Of a stretch of 64,000 nt of DNA, positions 63,521 through 64,000 are shown piece after piece. Source of the stretch: Asterias rubens (lineage: Eukaryota); assembly GCF_902459465.1 (NCBI RefSeq), contig NC_047079.1, positions 10,788,001 to 10,852,000 of the forward strand, given 5' to 3'. The notes under the pieces were generated by a model. That model was not told the DNA's origin, did no database searches, and worked only from the letters and a program-made list of their open reading frames with translations. The translations under genes were made by a program, and so were the position numbers. Each line of letters opens with the position of its first letter. Positions within the stretch are counted from its first letter, which is position 1.

Positions 63521-63936
63521 CTCCATCTTTGGCAGTCTCACCGTGCGCTTCCTGTCTTCCCCCAAACTCTGTTGTTTTTTCTTCCTCTTTTTTGAAGGGA
63601 CAAGACTTGACCAAGTCGCTCTCTAGACCTACGATACGTTTTCTCTGCATCTTCTACTTTTGTCAGTCTCACCATGCGCTTCCTGTCTCTTGTTCCTCCT
63701 ACTTTGGTGAGGGGAAAAGACTTCACCAAGTCGCTCCCTACTACACTTACTTATACGTTATTACCAAGATATGGGAATTAGAACCACTGGGTAGTTTTTC
63801 TCCATCTTCGTCTTTTGGCAGTCTCACCGTGCAGCGTTCTTACTTCCTGTCTCCCTAAACTCTCTTGTTTTTTCTCTCCTACCTTTATGGAAGGGAAAAT
63901 ACTTGACCAAGTCTCTCGCTACACCTGCGATACGTT
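63521..63936. repeat. ~120-bp diverged tandem repeat, 3 copies
   Basis: CATCTT...CAGTCTCACC(G/A)TGC...CTTCCTGTCT...ACTT(G/C)ACCAAGTC...ATACGTT recurs near 63521, 63641 and 63800. Confidence 0.75.
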
Positions 63937-64000
63937 GACCAAGTGATTAGATGTTAAACCAGTCACAGCCTGCCGGCAGGTTGAACCTCAAGCATCCACA

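Noticed and set aside
63369-63858. Overlapping ORFs near the right edge
   Set aside because: Low-complexity translations of the ~120-bp repeat with no domain signal.

Overview
AT-rich, intron-containing animal DNA. Gene content and repeat style suggest a marine invertebrate deuterostome, probably an echinoderm such as a sea star (inference, not proven). The left 35 kb is gene-rich. It starts with two tandem paralogous type-I immunoglobulin-domain receptors with intronless coding regions and long tyrosine-motif tails (1702-4172 and 9315-11255). The first has a one-base frameshift in its tail; the second lacks the N-terminal V domain. Next come FBXO42 (-, 7 coding exons), head-to-head with CPLANE2/RSG1 (+, 4 coding exons), then D2HGDH (+, 7 coding exons) and the DAN-family BMP antagonist NBL1 (-, 3 coding exons). 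I checked all exon boundaries by hand for GT-AG and reading phase. The right ~28 kb has no recognisable coding sequence. It is dense in TTAA-flanked (Kolobok-like) and CWG-flanked (Harbinger-like) MITEs, tRNA-derived SINEs, minisatellites and palindromic arrays. The best candidate for an undescribed system is the Ig receptor pair, which looks like a diversifying immune or allorecognition-type receptor locus.
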